51,034 bases of DNA. Origin: a virus (Duplodnaviria > Caudoviricetes). The notes beneath the pieces are model-generated. The model was not told the DNA's origin, did no database searches, and saw only the letters and a list, made by a program, of their open reading frames with translations. This document shows, in pieces, positions 29,791-38,942 of the stretch (position 1 is the stretch's first letter; every line of letters begins with the position of its first letter). The stretch is from positions 1 to 51,034 of IMG/VR virus record IMGVR_UViG_3300027278_000018. One strand, written 5' to 3'. Both the position numbers and the translations under genes were made by a program.

Positions 29791-29979
29791 TTATTCCGCC
29801 GTTTCTAATTGTTGTTCTTTTTCGTAGTTGAGTAATTGTACCATTTCATGGGCCCAGTCCACAAGAGACTCGCCCTGTTTGTTTTTATGATGTCCGCAAA
29901 AATAAAGGGACATTGCATCTTTCTTTGCTTCCCACATAGCTTGCGCTGCACATTGATCACACTTAAGCCATTCAGCCAT
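29791..29979 (-). CDS. Small Zn-finger protein
   Basis: CDQC...LYFCGHH. Confidence 0.7.
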   Translation of the reverse strand: MAEWLKCDQCAAQAMWEAKKDAMSLYFCGHHKNKQGESLVDWAHEMVQLLNYEKEQQLETAE

Positions 29980-30124
29980 CATAGGTTTCCACCTTCAATC
30001 ATTTCTGAAAGACGGTCAAGGATCCAAGAATCGATGTCGGCGATATCAATCTCTGATAATTTCTCCATCAGTTCTTCACGAGCAAACTTATACCCGTCTT
30101 GAAAACCATCTTTATAATCTGACA

Positions 30125-30337
30125 TTACTTCTCCTTATATCCTGTCGCTTCTCTGTCTGACCAGTAACTTTCAGTTAAGTTATACTTGTCACGAATGCGA
30201 CTTACCTTCTCAATACTACCAGTTCCGATGTTGAAAGTCAACGGTCCACATTGTTCAGGGTCTAATCCAAGCAACTCTGCTTCCCAAGTAGCCCTCGCAA
30301 AGGCTACTTGAGTAGGAGCGGTAAGTTCAAAGTACAT
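30125..30337 (-). CDS. Hypothetical protein
   Basis: Coupled start at 30337. Confidence 0.6.
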   Translation of the reverse strand: MYFELTAPTQVAFARATWEAELLGLDPEQCGPLTFNIGTGSIEKVSRIRDKYNLTESYWSDREATGYKEK

Positions 30338-30999
30338 TAGCACTCACGCACATTACATACTTCGGTGTCATCAATTGTGATGTTACCGTTATTTGAATCA
30401 GCATAAAGAGCATCTGTAACTTCTGACTCAAGGTCCATATCATAGTCATTTTCAAGAATATTGAATGAATATGTTCCGCTAACTTCAACAGATGCAGTAA
30501 ACTGAACTTCTTTGATTAGTTCAATTGAAAGCGCTTCAGCAATTTCACGAAGTGTATCTTGGTCACCTGAATCAGCATATGCCTCGCAGATAATTTCTTT
30601 GACTGCATCAATCTGAGATAGCAGAGTAGTTACACGCTTCTGTGATTGACGTCCATTATGTAAATCCCACTCGATAGATGCAACCTTATCAGTTGCATAT
30701 TCTGCATCTGAATAACCACGGATTACTTTGTAGGTAACCAATAGGTTGGAGTTATATGTATCGGGAACTGTTACTGCAGGTGTTGTTGTATCTTCCATTT
30801 TTTCCTCTTTCGTTGTTGTTGGTGCAATTGTAGCATGCTCCACTGACAATAAGGTTGTCTTACGGCCACATGGACATGTGAGTTCTGTCACACCTGATGG
30901 GAATCCAAATCCATCTGATGATGTTAATTCAATTAGACAATCACATTCATCTGGGTCACAGACAAATGTATATTTACTTGATACTAGTTCGTTGGTCAT
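30337..30999 (-). CDS. Hypothetical protein with N-terminal Cys domain and a second in-frame start at 30798
   Basis: Leaderless ATG at 30999; internal promoter and AACGAAAGAGG RBS before 30798. Confidence 0.65.
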   Translation of the reverse strand: MTNELVSSKYTFVCDPDECDCLIELTSSDGFGFPSGVTELTCPCGRKTTLLSVEHATIAPTTTKEEKMEDTTTPAVTVPDTYNSNLLVTYKVIRGYSDAEYATDKVASIEWDLHNGRQSQKRVTTLLSQIDAVKEIICEAYADSGDQDTLREIAEALSIELIKEVQFTASVEVSGTYSFNILENDYDMDLESEVTDALYADSNNGNITIDDTEVCNVREC

Positions 31000-31101
31000 G
31001 AAGAGAATTATACACGAGGCCACTGACATTTACAAGGGATTCCAGGAAAATTTTTTGTGACTCGTAACACATTTTTAACCCCCTTACCTTTGAGGGCGGT
31101 G

Positions 31102-31175
31102 CGATCTGTAACGGACTTGAACCGTCGACCTCTACCGTGACAGGGTAGCGCTCTAACCAACTGAGCTAACAGACC
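31102..31175 (-). tRNA. tRNA-Asp(GTC)
   Basis: GGTCTGT/ACAGATC acceptor, ctacc-ctGTCac-ggtag, TTCAAGT T loop. Confidence 0.95.
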
Positions 31176-31185
31176 AATAAAAAAT

Positions 31186-31210
31186 GTGAGCAGTTTTAAA
31201 TCTTGCTCAG
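31186..31210 (-). terminator. Hairpin terminator after the DUF932 gene; related copy at 32714-32737
   Basis: CTGAGCAAG...CTGCTCA followed by T run on - strand. Confidence 0.6.
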
Positions 31211-31222
31211 GATTTTATTTAT

Positions 31223-32227
31223 TTAGAAAGCAGAAACCAATTTCTTGATTTTGTTTTTCTCAGCGGTAAGAACTGGGTCAAACCCTGATGCACCTGCCAT
31301 AAGAGTTTCACCATTTCCACGTCCTGAACGATAATAATCTAAACGCTCAGTAAGTGCATTAAACGCACCCCACTTTGTGCCTTTGATATTGGCATTGGTT
31401 GGTGAGTTGTGATACAAATCATCAAGCAGGACAACTTTGTTTTCCCACTTCTTAATTGCACCCTTAGCATCTTTTTCAGGCTTTGGATAAATTGACTGAA
31501 TCAACTTTGAGAATTCAGCATCAGTAATAGATTGCTCGAACATTGCTTTTGCTTCGATTTCAAATTCATCAAAGTAACCAAGAGCAAGCCCAAGAGTTTC
31601 ACGAGCAACTTGAATGCGACCTTCAACAGATTGCGTGTGGCGAATCTTGAAAGATTGCTTTGCATTACGCATTGCAAGATTCAAAGTGTTTTGGCATACA
31701 ACACGAACAGGAGTAACCGCTGCTTGAACAGCAACAGACCCGTCATGAGATGTCCATACGATTAGATACAACTTTGTTGCATCATTAGCACCTTGTGGGT
31801 CAAGCACCATTGTGCGAGGAATATCAACTGTACCGAATACAACTTTGCCCTGCTTAAGAGAGCCAGCAGATTCCCAACGACAATCAGCATTAGCATCATG
31901 AATAGCATCAGCGAATGCAAATAATTCTTCATTCTGCACTGGCTTGTAACGCTTTCCAACTGTTGCAAGAACATCTGTTCCCTTGTTGAATGGGTTGTCA
32001 CGAATTACAAGAGATGCGGTAGATACATCATTCCAAGATTCTGGAATATGCTCAGTGATTGGAGATAGACGAACATTCCAATTAGCCAACTTTGCTTCTT
32101 CAAGCATTGTCTGTGTAGTTACTTCCTCATCTTGTGTAAAGATTCGGTTAGCAAGATTGTGCCATGCAGGTGCACCACGAAGAGCAAAAGCAACTTCGCC
32201 GTTTTCCATTTCTAGATTATGAGCCAT
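31223..32227 (-). CDS. DUF932 family phage/plasmid protein
   Basis: AWHNLA, YKPVQNEELF, ESAGSL, SHDGS, PVRVVCQNTL, IRHT, GTKWGAFNA; start MAHNLE with GAAAGG RBS. Confidence 0.9.
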   Translation of the reverse strand: MAHNLEMENGEVAFALRGAPAWHNLANRIFTQDEEVTTQTMLEEAKLANWNVRLSPITEHIPESWNDVSTASLVIRDNPFNKGTDVLATVGKRYKPVQNEELFAFADAIHDANADCRWESAGSLKQGKVVFGTVDIPRTMVLDPQGANDATKLYLIVWTSHDGSVAVQAAVTPVRVVCQNTLNLAMRNAKQSFKIRHTQSVEGRIQVARETLGLALGYFDEFEIEAKAMFEQSITDAEFSKLIQSIYPKPEKDAKGAIKKWENKVVLLDDLYHNSPTNANIKGTKWGAFNALTERLDYYRSGRGNGETLMAGASGFDPVLTAEKNKIKKLVSAF

Positions 32228-32417
32228 GAATTTATTTCCTTTCGATTGGTTATTGTTGTAAGTATAACAGGTGCCACTGACATTGTCTAGATTAAACACT
32301 CATTTGTCCAAATTGTGACATGTGATCATTCTCACAAAATTCCAGGGTTATCCACAAGTACTCGTAAGCCTGTGGATAACCCCTCACCTTTGGGGGCAGA
32401 ACTGGGAGATCCCAGCT

Positions 32418-32681
32418 CTACTCTAGTTTAAAGCTTATACGTGCAGCGCTTTGAATTTTGCTTTTTAGTTTGTGCACAGTGTCTTCATCAAAAAACATTG
32501 CTGTTATCTTTTTCTTTTTCTGTGCGTCATAAGCATAAGCATTAACACGTCCGCTGAATTGTTTGATGTTACTAATTACTAATTCAGTTAAATATTCTTT
32601 ATCGACTCCGCTATCTGAATAGATAGTTAAATCATTTAACTTGTTTGCGTCATAAATTTCTACACGAAAACGATTTTTCAT
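32418..32681 (-). CDS. Hypothetical protein
   Basis: AAAGG RBS. Confidence 0.6.
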   Translation of the reverse strand: MKNRFRVEIYDANKLNDLTIYSDSGVDKEYLTELVISNIKQFSGRVNAYAYDAQKKKKITAMFFDEDTVHKLKSKIQSAARISFKLE

Positions 32682-32751
32682 TTTATTGCCTTTGTTAGTA
32701 GTTACACCGAAGTGTGAGCAGTTTGGCGACTTACTCAGGTCGTTGGTTTAT

Positions 32752-33174
32752 TTAGAGATAACGAGCAACCGCTTGATAAGTTGATGTGGAAACTGTTTCC
32801 TCATCTGTCATCTGCAAGATACGGATTGCGTTAGAGATTTCCTCTTTCTGCTCACGATAGTTGTAGATAGAGATTTGCTCAAAATCCTTGATAGGCTCTT
32901 TAGGCAAGTCCTTCTCTGATACTGTGAGGTCGAAGTCAATGTTTAACTGATTATTCCAAGAACGGAAGTTAGTGCGGAAGTTTTCTGCCTTCTTGATGTT
33001 TGCTACTGCATAATCAACAAGTTCCTTCTGCCAAGCCTTACGAGCCTTTTCATACTTTGCTTCGTTGGCTTCTTGTGATGTGTAGTCAAGTTCTAGTTTT
33101 GCTAGTGCGCCTTCTAGTGCCTTGATTACCTTTGGTGTTGCAATTTTAACTGAGATTGCTTTGCTTCTAGCCAT
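32752..33174 (-). CDS. Hypothetical protein
   Basis: AACGAAAGAGG RBS, own promoter and terminator. Confidence 0.75.
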   Translation of the reverse strand: MARSKAISVKIATPKVIKALEGALAKLELDYTSQEANEAKYEKARKAWQKELVDYAVANIKKAENFRTNFRSWNNQLNIDFDLTVSEKDLPKEPIKDFEQISIYNYREQKEEISNAIRILQMTDEETVSTSTYQAVARYL

Positions 33175-33266
33175 GTGTTTCCTCTTTCGTTAGGTGGGTT
33201 AGTGGTTTATTAAGTTGTAAGTATAGCAGAGGGGTCTGACATTTCTGCGACCCCCCTGCTTTTAGG

Positions 33267-33449
33267 CTATGCGCCTAATAGTGCCTTAGCAGATACCGAA
33301 GTCCAACGAGTTTCCTTTGTTGGCATTTCTAGTAGCACACGCACCGAGCCAGATGCCTGTGGGTGGATTTCTTTAATCACACCTGTTTTCTTTGACTTTA
33401 GTGTGGTGAATAAATCGCCCACCTGATAGAGATGATTATCTATTGTCAT
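33267..33449 (-). CDS. Small SH3/KOW-like beta protein
   Basis: YQVGDLF...GVIKEI...VRVLL. Confidence 0.6.
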   Translation of the reverse strand: MTIDNHLYQVGDLFTTLKSKKTGVIKEIHPQASGSVRVLLEMPTKETRWTSVSAKALLGA

Positions 33450-33545
33450 TTATTGCCTCTTTTCTTTGTTAGGTTAGTAGTATAGCATTGGGGTCTGACA
33501 TTAGTCTAGCCCTATCTCATTATTTGAGAATGTTATTATGTGACC

Positions 33546-33812
33546 TTAGTCACTTTCAGGTAGCCAAGCGTGGAGATGGTGCTGGTCTATAATTGCGTGA
33601 GCGGGTGCGTGGGTGCTTCCTCGATACGATACGCCTTCGGGCATTTCGATCAATTTATCATAGTCCTCGTCATAGTATGCGTCAATAGCCTCGATACATG
33701 GTTCGACCATAGATAATGGAACGGGCGGGTAATGATTACTCTGTAGATGAATAGAAATAGCCATTTCTAAATCTAACTCAGTAGATAAATCTAGTGCTGT
33801 ATTGTATCCCAT
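33546..33812 (-). CDS. Hypothetical protein
   Basis: HLQSNHYPPVP; coupled. Confidence 0.7.
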   Translation of the reverse strand: MGYNTALDLSTELDLEMAISIHLQSNHYPPVPLSMVEPCIEAIDAYYDEDYDKLIEMPEGVSYRGSTHAPAHAIIDQHHLHAWLPESD

Positions 33813-34015
33813 TAGTTAGCCACCTTTAGAATTGCATAAGTACCATTTTTATTTATTTCATCAAGGATAGGACCTAAGCGAGAGCCTACCAATTCTTTTA
33901 GCATTCCTTCAAGCATTTGCACACGCATTGACTCGTCAAGCATTTGCATTTGGTGAGTAACTGGATGGCCTTCTGCAAACTCAGTTATGAACTTTAGACT
34001 ATGTTCTACTATCAT
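33812..34015 (-). CDS. Hypothetical protein
   Basis: AACGAAAGG RBS. Confidence 0.65.
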   Translation of the reverse strand: MIVEHSLKFITEFAEGHPVTHQMQMLDESMRVQMLEGMLKELVGSRLGPILDEINKNGTYAILKVAN

Positions 34016-34082
34016 TTTTTGCCTTTCGTTGTTGGTATAAGAGTATTATAGCGTATAGCACTGACATTACCTAATCCATTCT

Positions 34083-37000
34083 CGGCGTGTCGCAGCTTTT
34101 GTGATAATACTCACATTTCCAGGGGTTGTGGATAACTTACTTAAAGCTGTGGATAACCCCTCTCTTTTGGGGGCGGAGCCCTAAAAGGATTTTAGGACTG
34201 CCCATATTGCTATAGGTATTGGTAATACAAGTACACTGCATAGTATAAATCCAATCACGGTACCAATTAATTCTGCCATTATTTTTTACTCGCAGAAAAT
34301 CTAATGTCGGCTTTTCCGTAAACGCAGAGACCGCAAGAAACGCATGCGGATCCATTACTAGAGATAAGTGGAATACTTTTCATATTCTCAGGGCATTTAG
34401 CGCCAGGCTTGCCAGTCAATTCTTTCATTGTGTCTTCAGTTGCAGCGAATGTCTTTCCCAAATAGGCCAGGCGGACCTTGGAATTAGTTTTCAAATCGAA
34501 TGCTATTTCTTTATTTTCATCATCCGTGGAATAGTACAGTGAAAGATTAGTAACATCTTTTAGAATAAGCGCTGCAGACTTTACTCGTGTATAAACCCAA
34601 AATTGAACATCAGGATGATTAGAAATAATTACTTTCCATGCGTATGTATAAATATCATTAAAGAAATCTCCGTCCCAGTGTATACGGAATAATTTAGGGG
34701 CGCCTTTCTTTTCACAATCAGCAATAAATTCAACAATCATCTCATCTAATAGAATAAGCATTGTATCCATATCGGCATTGCGTAGCAATTCCCAATTGTG
34801 TAGCAGATTAGTTTTTACTCCAGGGAATAACTTTTCGAGTTTTCCTGCGTAGCAAACGCTTTCACAAATACTAGTGGCACCAGGGCACGAGTAAGCCTTT
34901 CCAGCAGGTAATCCGAAAGTGTTAGCAATTGCGGCTTGCTTTCCATTTTTTGTGACAAGGTTAGCCACCTTTCTATCGTTAGAGCGTTTCAATTTCATAG
35001 GGGTAATTATAGCGGTTAGGTCTGACATATTAGTAATCCTCATCCATACCGTGGCCAGCGGAAGCAAGGGCGTCGGAGTCGGCCCAGCCAGTTAGTTCAT
35101 AGAATTCCATTTCCTCAGACGCATAGCATTCAGCGCAGGTATAGTCATCACCATAGACTTCATAATCTTCATCAGAATAGAAAATTTCTTGAGCCCCGCA
35201 AATTTCATAGTTAAGACAAGCAACAGTAAATTGTTCCATTAGTAGCACTCTCCACATACTGGGTAATAGTATTCCCCGTCGTCGGTTACAAATTGGGTAG
35301 TTTCTTGGTCGCATGCGATACAGTTGTTCATAATTGAACCTTTCGTTGGTTGAATGGCAAGTATAGCAGAATATACTGACAAAAACTAATCGACACGCCG
35401 CATTTTCAGGAGCTTTTTAAAATGTGTCGTAATTCACATTTGGACCCCTCTCCTTTAGGGGCCGCCCTTACATTATTCTAGATCAATTTTCTTTTTGTGT
35501 TTTATTTTTCTAAAATACTTTTTTTTATTGCGTACAGGTTGCGCCGCATTACTGCGACGCAATTCCTGAATACGCTTTACTTTATCTCGAAGTGAATTTT
35601 GGGACATGATACCCACTCGCTTCATGAAATCTGCTTACATCAAATCGCTCATTATCTTTCGCAAACATCTCTGCGAAATCATTTACAATTTTAGAAAATA
35701 AGGCAGGGTGAGTTTTATCGCTGGCATACTTTAAGATTTCAGCGGTTGCCACATAGTCTTTGCGAGTCATCATTTTGTTACGACCTTTCGACCTTCACGA
35801 TAAAAAGTTTTTGTATACATTTTGCCAGTTGGCATTTGTAAATTTACAGTTGAGTATTCATTAGCAAATCCCCAATCGGTGAACGCTAAAAAATCGGTGA
35901 ACGCTTCTAAAGCGTCTACATAGTTTTTATTCCAGTGGATAGGCTGGCTATCATAGGCTAAAGTAATCTGGTACATAGTTTCCCTTTCGTTAGTTAAAAA
36001 ATAAATCTTGTTCTTTGCCGAAATCGCAATCGCAAGTTTCGACATCGAAATCATTTTCGTTTCCGAAAAAAATTAAACCTGTTGAGTTACACTCTGAGCA
36101 ATCTATTCGCATTACTGAGTTAATCACGCTTCACACTCACATTCTTTTGAGTAATCAAATTCGCAGAAATAGCAACCCATTTGTTCGCCGTGTGCTTTAC
36201 ACACATAAATAAATTGGCTTTCATCACAATGAAATTTCATTTCATCTTTAATAAAATAAAACTCGTTTTCATCTAAATAATTTTTAATCATTTAGTCACC
36301 TACCTTTACGGCAACGGCTCGGTAAGTAGTATTTCCAAACCATTTTGATTTTCCGCTAGTTGTAGAATAAACAGGGCGTACCTCTACACGATACGCTTCC
36401 GCGCCGTCATAGTGTAGGCAGGCTGGGTGTTTTTCTGCTGAGATAATCTCTCCCTCTACTGAGCGAGAGCGGTACATTTTGCCGATAAGTAAATCTTCGA
36501 CAGTATAGACATTTGCTGACATTAGTTGTCACCTTTCGTTTGTTGATAGTAGCAATTATAGCCTATGGGTCTGACATTTTCACATTACTAGCCAGTAATT
36601 CCACATAATAAGACGCTCAAGTCGTGTGATAAAGGTCACATAAAAATGTCCGTTTTGTCTGTCAAATCGACACGCCGTAAAATTCCAGGGTTTTTATAAC
36701 TCTTTCATAACGACACGCCCGACCCCGTGCCTTTGCGGGCGGATCAACTTTGTCAAGTCGACACGCCGCTAGTTATTGAAAATCTTTTAGAATTTCATCT
36801 AGCTGATTTATTTGCTCATCGTTAAGATGATCTAATTGAATTGTTTTTTCAAATCCAAATAAGTCGCTCATTCATTTTCCATTTCTGCTAGATAATCCTC
36901 GTGTTCAATAAGCCCAATTGAAAATGCGATAGGGTCGCAACATTCCAAAATCTCGGCGGGAGTAAAAGTTGAATAACCAATTTTTACAGTTGGATAAACA

Positions 37001-38313
37001 TCATTTAGTAAATCAATAAAACTTTCTTTGATTTCTAAATCAATTTCAAATTGCGATTTCATCTGCAACCTCTTTCCATTCAAAACAATAAGAATCTGAA
37101 ACAAAAGTATTTTTCACAACGCTATCAAATAAAGATAACGCTTGATTTTCGTCCTCTGCGTCTATGTCTAACCAAACGCCGAATGTGTATTTTTTCATTT
37201 ATTTATTCTCGCAATTCTCGTGTCGTGTTTTTGGCGCAAGGACTACTTGCCCGCATACGCATTCATTCATTAGCCCGCTAGGGTAATCTCTTACAGTTGC
37301 GAATGTTGTCCAATTACTAGCCATTATTCAAACGCCCCTTCATTTAGTAATCCTAATTCAATGTTGAATAATTCATCGGGTGTTGCCTCGGATAAATCTA
37401 CCCAGCCAGCACCCTCATCATCTATGCGAAAGATTTCTACATAACCCATTTATTCTGCCTCCTTAGTATTGAATAGAGAGGACATCTTATCATTAGCCTC
37501 TGACATTGTTGCGATAGCCTTTAATAGGCTAGCCTTGCGTTGCGCCTCAACGTGCGCCTTGTATTCTTCAAGTGTCATTTTAACGACCTTTCGTTGTTGT
37601 TATAGTAGGAATTATAGCAGAGGGGACTGACATTTACCACACGACACGCCGTATTTTGATAAATCTTTTTTTGTGATAAACATCACAAAATTCAAGGGTT
37701 TTCCACAGACATACGTAAGTTATCCACAGCCCCCACACTTCGTAGGGGCAGCTATCGCCCATGTCAAGGCGACACGCCGTTAGCCTAGTGTGAGTTATCC
37801 CACTCTCTAAAATCGGCTACGATCTCACGCCACATCATGCGCCCCATGTATAGGGCGGGTACTAGAAGGGCTATCTGTACTAGTGTAGTTATTAGTCTAT
37901 TCATTAGTTATCCCAACTTAGTGCGAATACTTTTGCTAGTTCTTCATCATCTACATCATCAAAGTCATCTAGTGGAGGTTGTTCTTCATCTACCTCATCT
38001 AGGTATGCGTATGCGTCTGATACAGACGATTGGATAGACTCGTATTTGTCTATGCTATTTGTAGCGTATGAGTATGCGTATGACATTAGTTCTGTTCTAC
38101 CTTTCGCATGTGTGCTACAACATTTTTAGAAACCTTTTGCAGGTCTGCTACGACCTTATTCATTTCGTCTGCGCTCTTAGCGGTGAACCCTGCGCCTAGT
38201 AGTTGAGCGCCGTCCCATAGTGAGTATGTGATAGTCATTATCTGTTATTCTTTCGTTAGTAGTTATAGTGGAATTGTAGCGTATAGGGCTGACATTATCA
38301 AGCCGACACGCCG
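34083..38313. promoter_or_regulatory. CGACACGCCG motif (WhiA-type GACAC core), 8 copies
   Basis: 35391, 36668, 36711, 36759, 37642, 37770, 38304; inverted copy at 34083. Confidence 0.75.
34279..34998 (-). CDS. GP88-family (mycobacteriophage gene 88-like, Fe-S/radical-SAM-like) protein
   Basis: FGLPAG...SCPGATSICESVCYA, FRIHWDGDF, FWVYTR, CVSCGLC; leaderless start at 34998. Confidence 0.8.
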   Translation of the reverse strand: MKLKRSNDRKVANLVTKNGKQAAIANTFGLPAGKAYSCPGATSICESVCYAGKLEKLFPGVKTNLLHNWELLRNADMDTMLILLDEMIVEFIADCEKKGAPKLFRIHWDGDFFNDIYTYAWKVIISNHPDVQFWVYTRVKSAALILKDVTNLSLYYSTDDENKEIAFDLKTNSKVRLAYLGKTFAATEDTMKELTGKPGAKCPENMKSIPLISSNGSACVSCGLCVYGKADIRFSASKK

Positions 38314-38536
38314 TATAGCGAGAGGGTTAGGGTGTGAGTTACCTCACACGCCATTCTGTCCACATAGGCAGACGCTCAGGGTCAGTATCATCATACCAAC
38401 GCTCTATGTTCTGCTCGCAATCTTGGCAGAAAGTGTATTGAGTATCCAACACCTCTGAGATAGCAGACTTCATAGGGTTGTGCTCTCGGCACATTGTGTT
38501 TAGTGTAATCATTTGACTACCTTTCTTGTTAATCAC
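35030..38536 (-). CDS. Run of small (30-80 aa) hypothetical early genes, e.g. 35030-35239, 35239-35331, 35582-35773, 35770-35976, 36292-36522, 37904-38086, 38339-38512
   Basis: AACGAAAGG-type RBS or start/stop coupling; units begin at TGTCAG-N10-TANNNT promoters. Confidence 0.6.
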
Positions 38537-38942
38537 CTTGATTAACTCTTATGTCTTAAGACTATCATGGGGGTCTGACAAATTTCAACTCGCAAAACGG
38601 ACATTAGGGACAAATTAAAAAAATAGTTAGTGAGATAGGTCACATTTAGGCATGTATGTGCGGTCTATCTAGACAAAACGGACATTAAAATAGTGTGTAT
38701 CGTACAAGATAAAAATATATTAACATTTTCTGAAATCTGAAAAAGCTTGACATCGAAAATATAAATAGTATAATTTTTCTAGGGGGGTCGGGGGGTCAGT
38801 AAATCAATAAATAATAAATATTAAATATATAGTAAGACCTAAGACCTAAGATCAAGTGATACAACCAAAAAAAATATTTTATTAACATTTTACTATATTC
38901 AAAATAATAGTCAACTAGAATAATACTGATATAATTAATCAT

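Larger units (their letters stand above)
26128..37728. promoter_or_regulatory. Four pairs of DnaA boxes (26128/26140, 32348/32371, 34127/34148, 37699/37720)
   Basis: Seven exact TTATCCACA or TGTGGATAA plus one TTTTCCACA. Confidence 0.8.
25993..37749. repeat. Dispersed ~60-bp scaffold repeat, 9 copies (25993, 26049, 29206, 31038, 32337, 34114, 35401, 36680, 37688)
   Basis: ATTYCAGG-N14-16-TCGTAA-N12-13-CCC....CTTTGNGGGC with near-constant spacing. Confidence 0.8.
27685..38580 (-). promoter_or_regulatory. 13 TGTCAG-N10-TANNNT promoters (PafBC/RecA-NDp type)
   Basis: Spans 27685-27706, 29122-29143, 30827-30848, 31007-31028, 32261-32282, 33220-33241, 33479-33500, 34045-34066, 35006-35027, 35360-35381, 36555-36576, 37611-37632, 38273-38294; a weaker copy at 38559-38580. 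Confidence 0.88.
29162..38644. promoter_or_regulatory. CRP/GlxR-type palindromes TGTGA-N6-TCACA
   Basis: Perfect at 32321, 34100, 36625, 37672, 38333; one mismatch at 29162, 29189, 31056, 33539, 35423, 38629. Confidence 0.75.

Noticed and set aside
25993-37749. Scaffold repeat as a CRISPR array
   Set aside because: Copies are degenerate and separated by kilobases of genes; no cas genes are visible
27685-38580. TGTCAG as an ordinary -35 element
   Set aside because: The spacer to the -10 is always 10 nt, not 16-19
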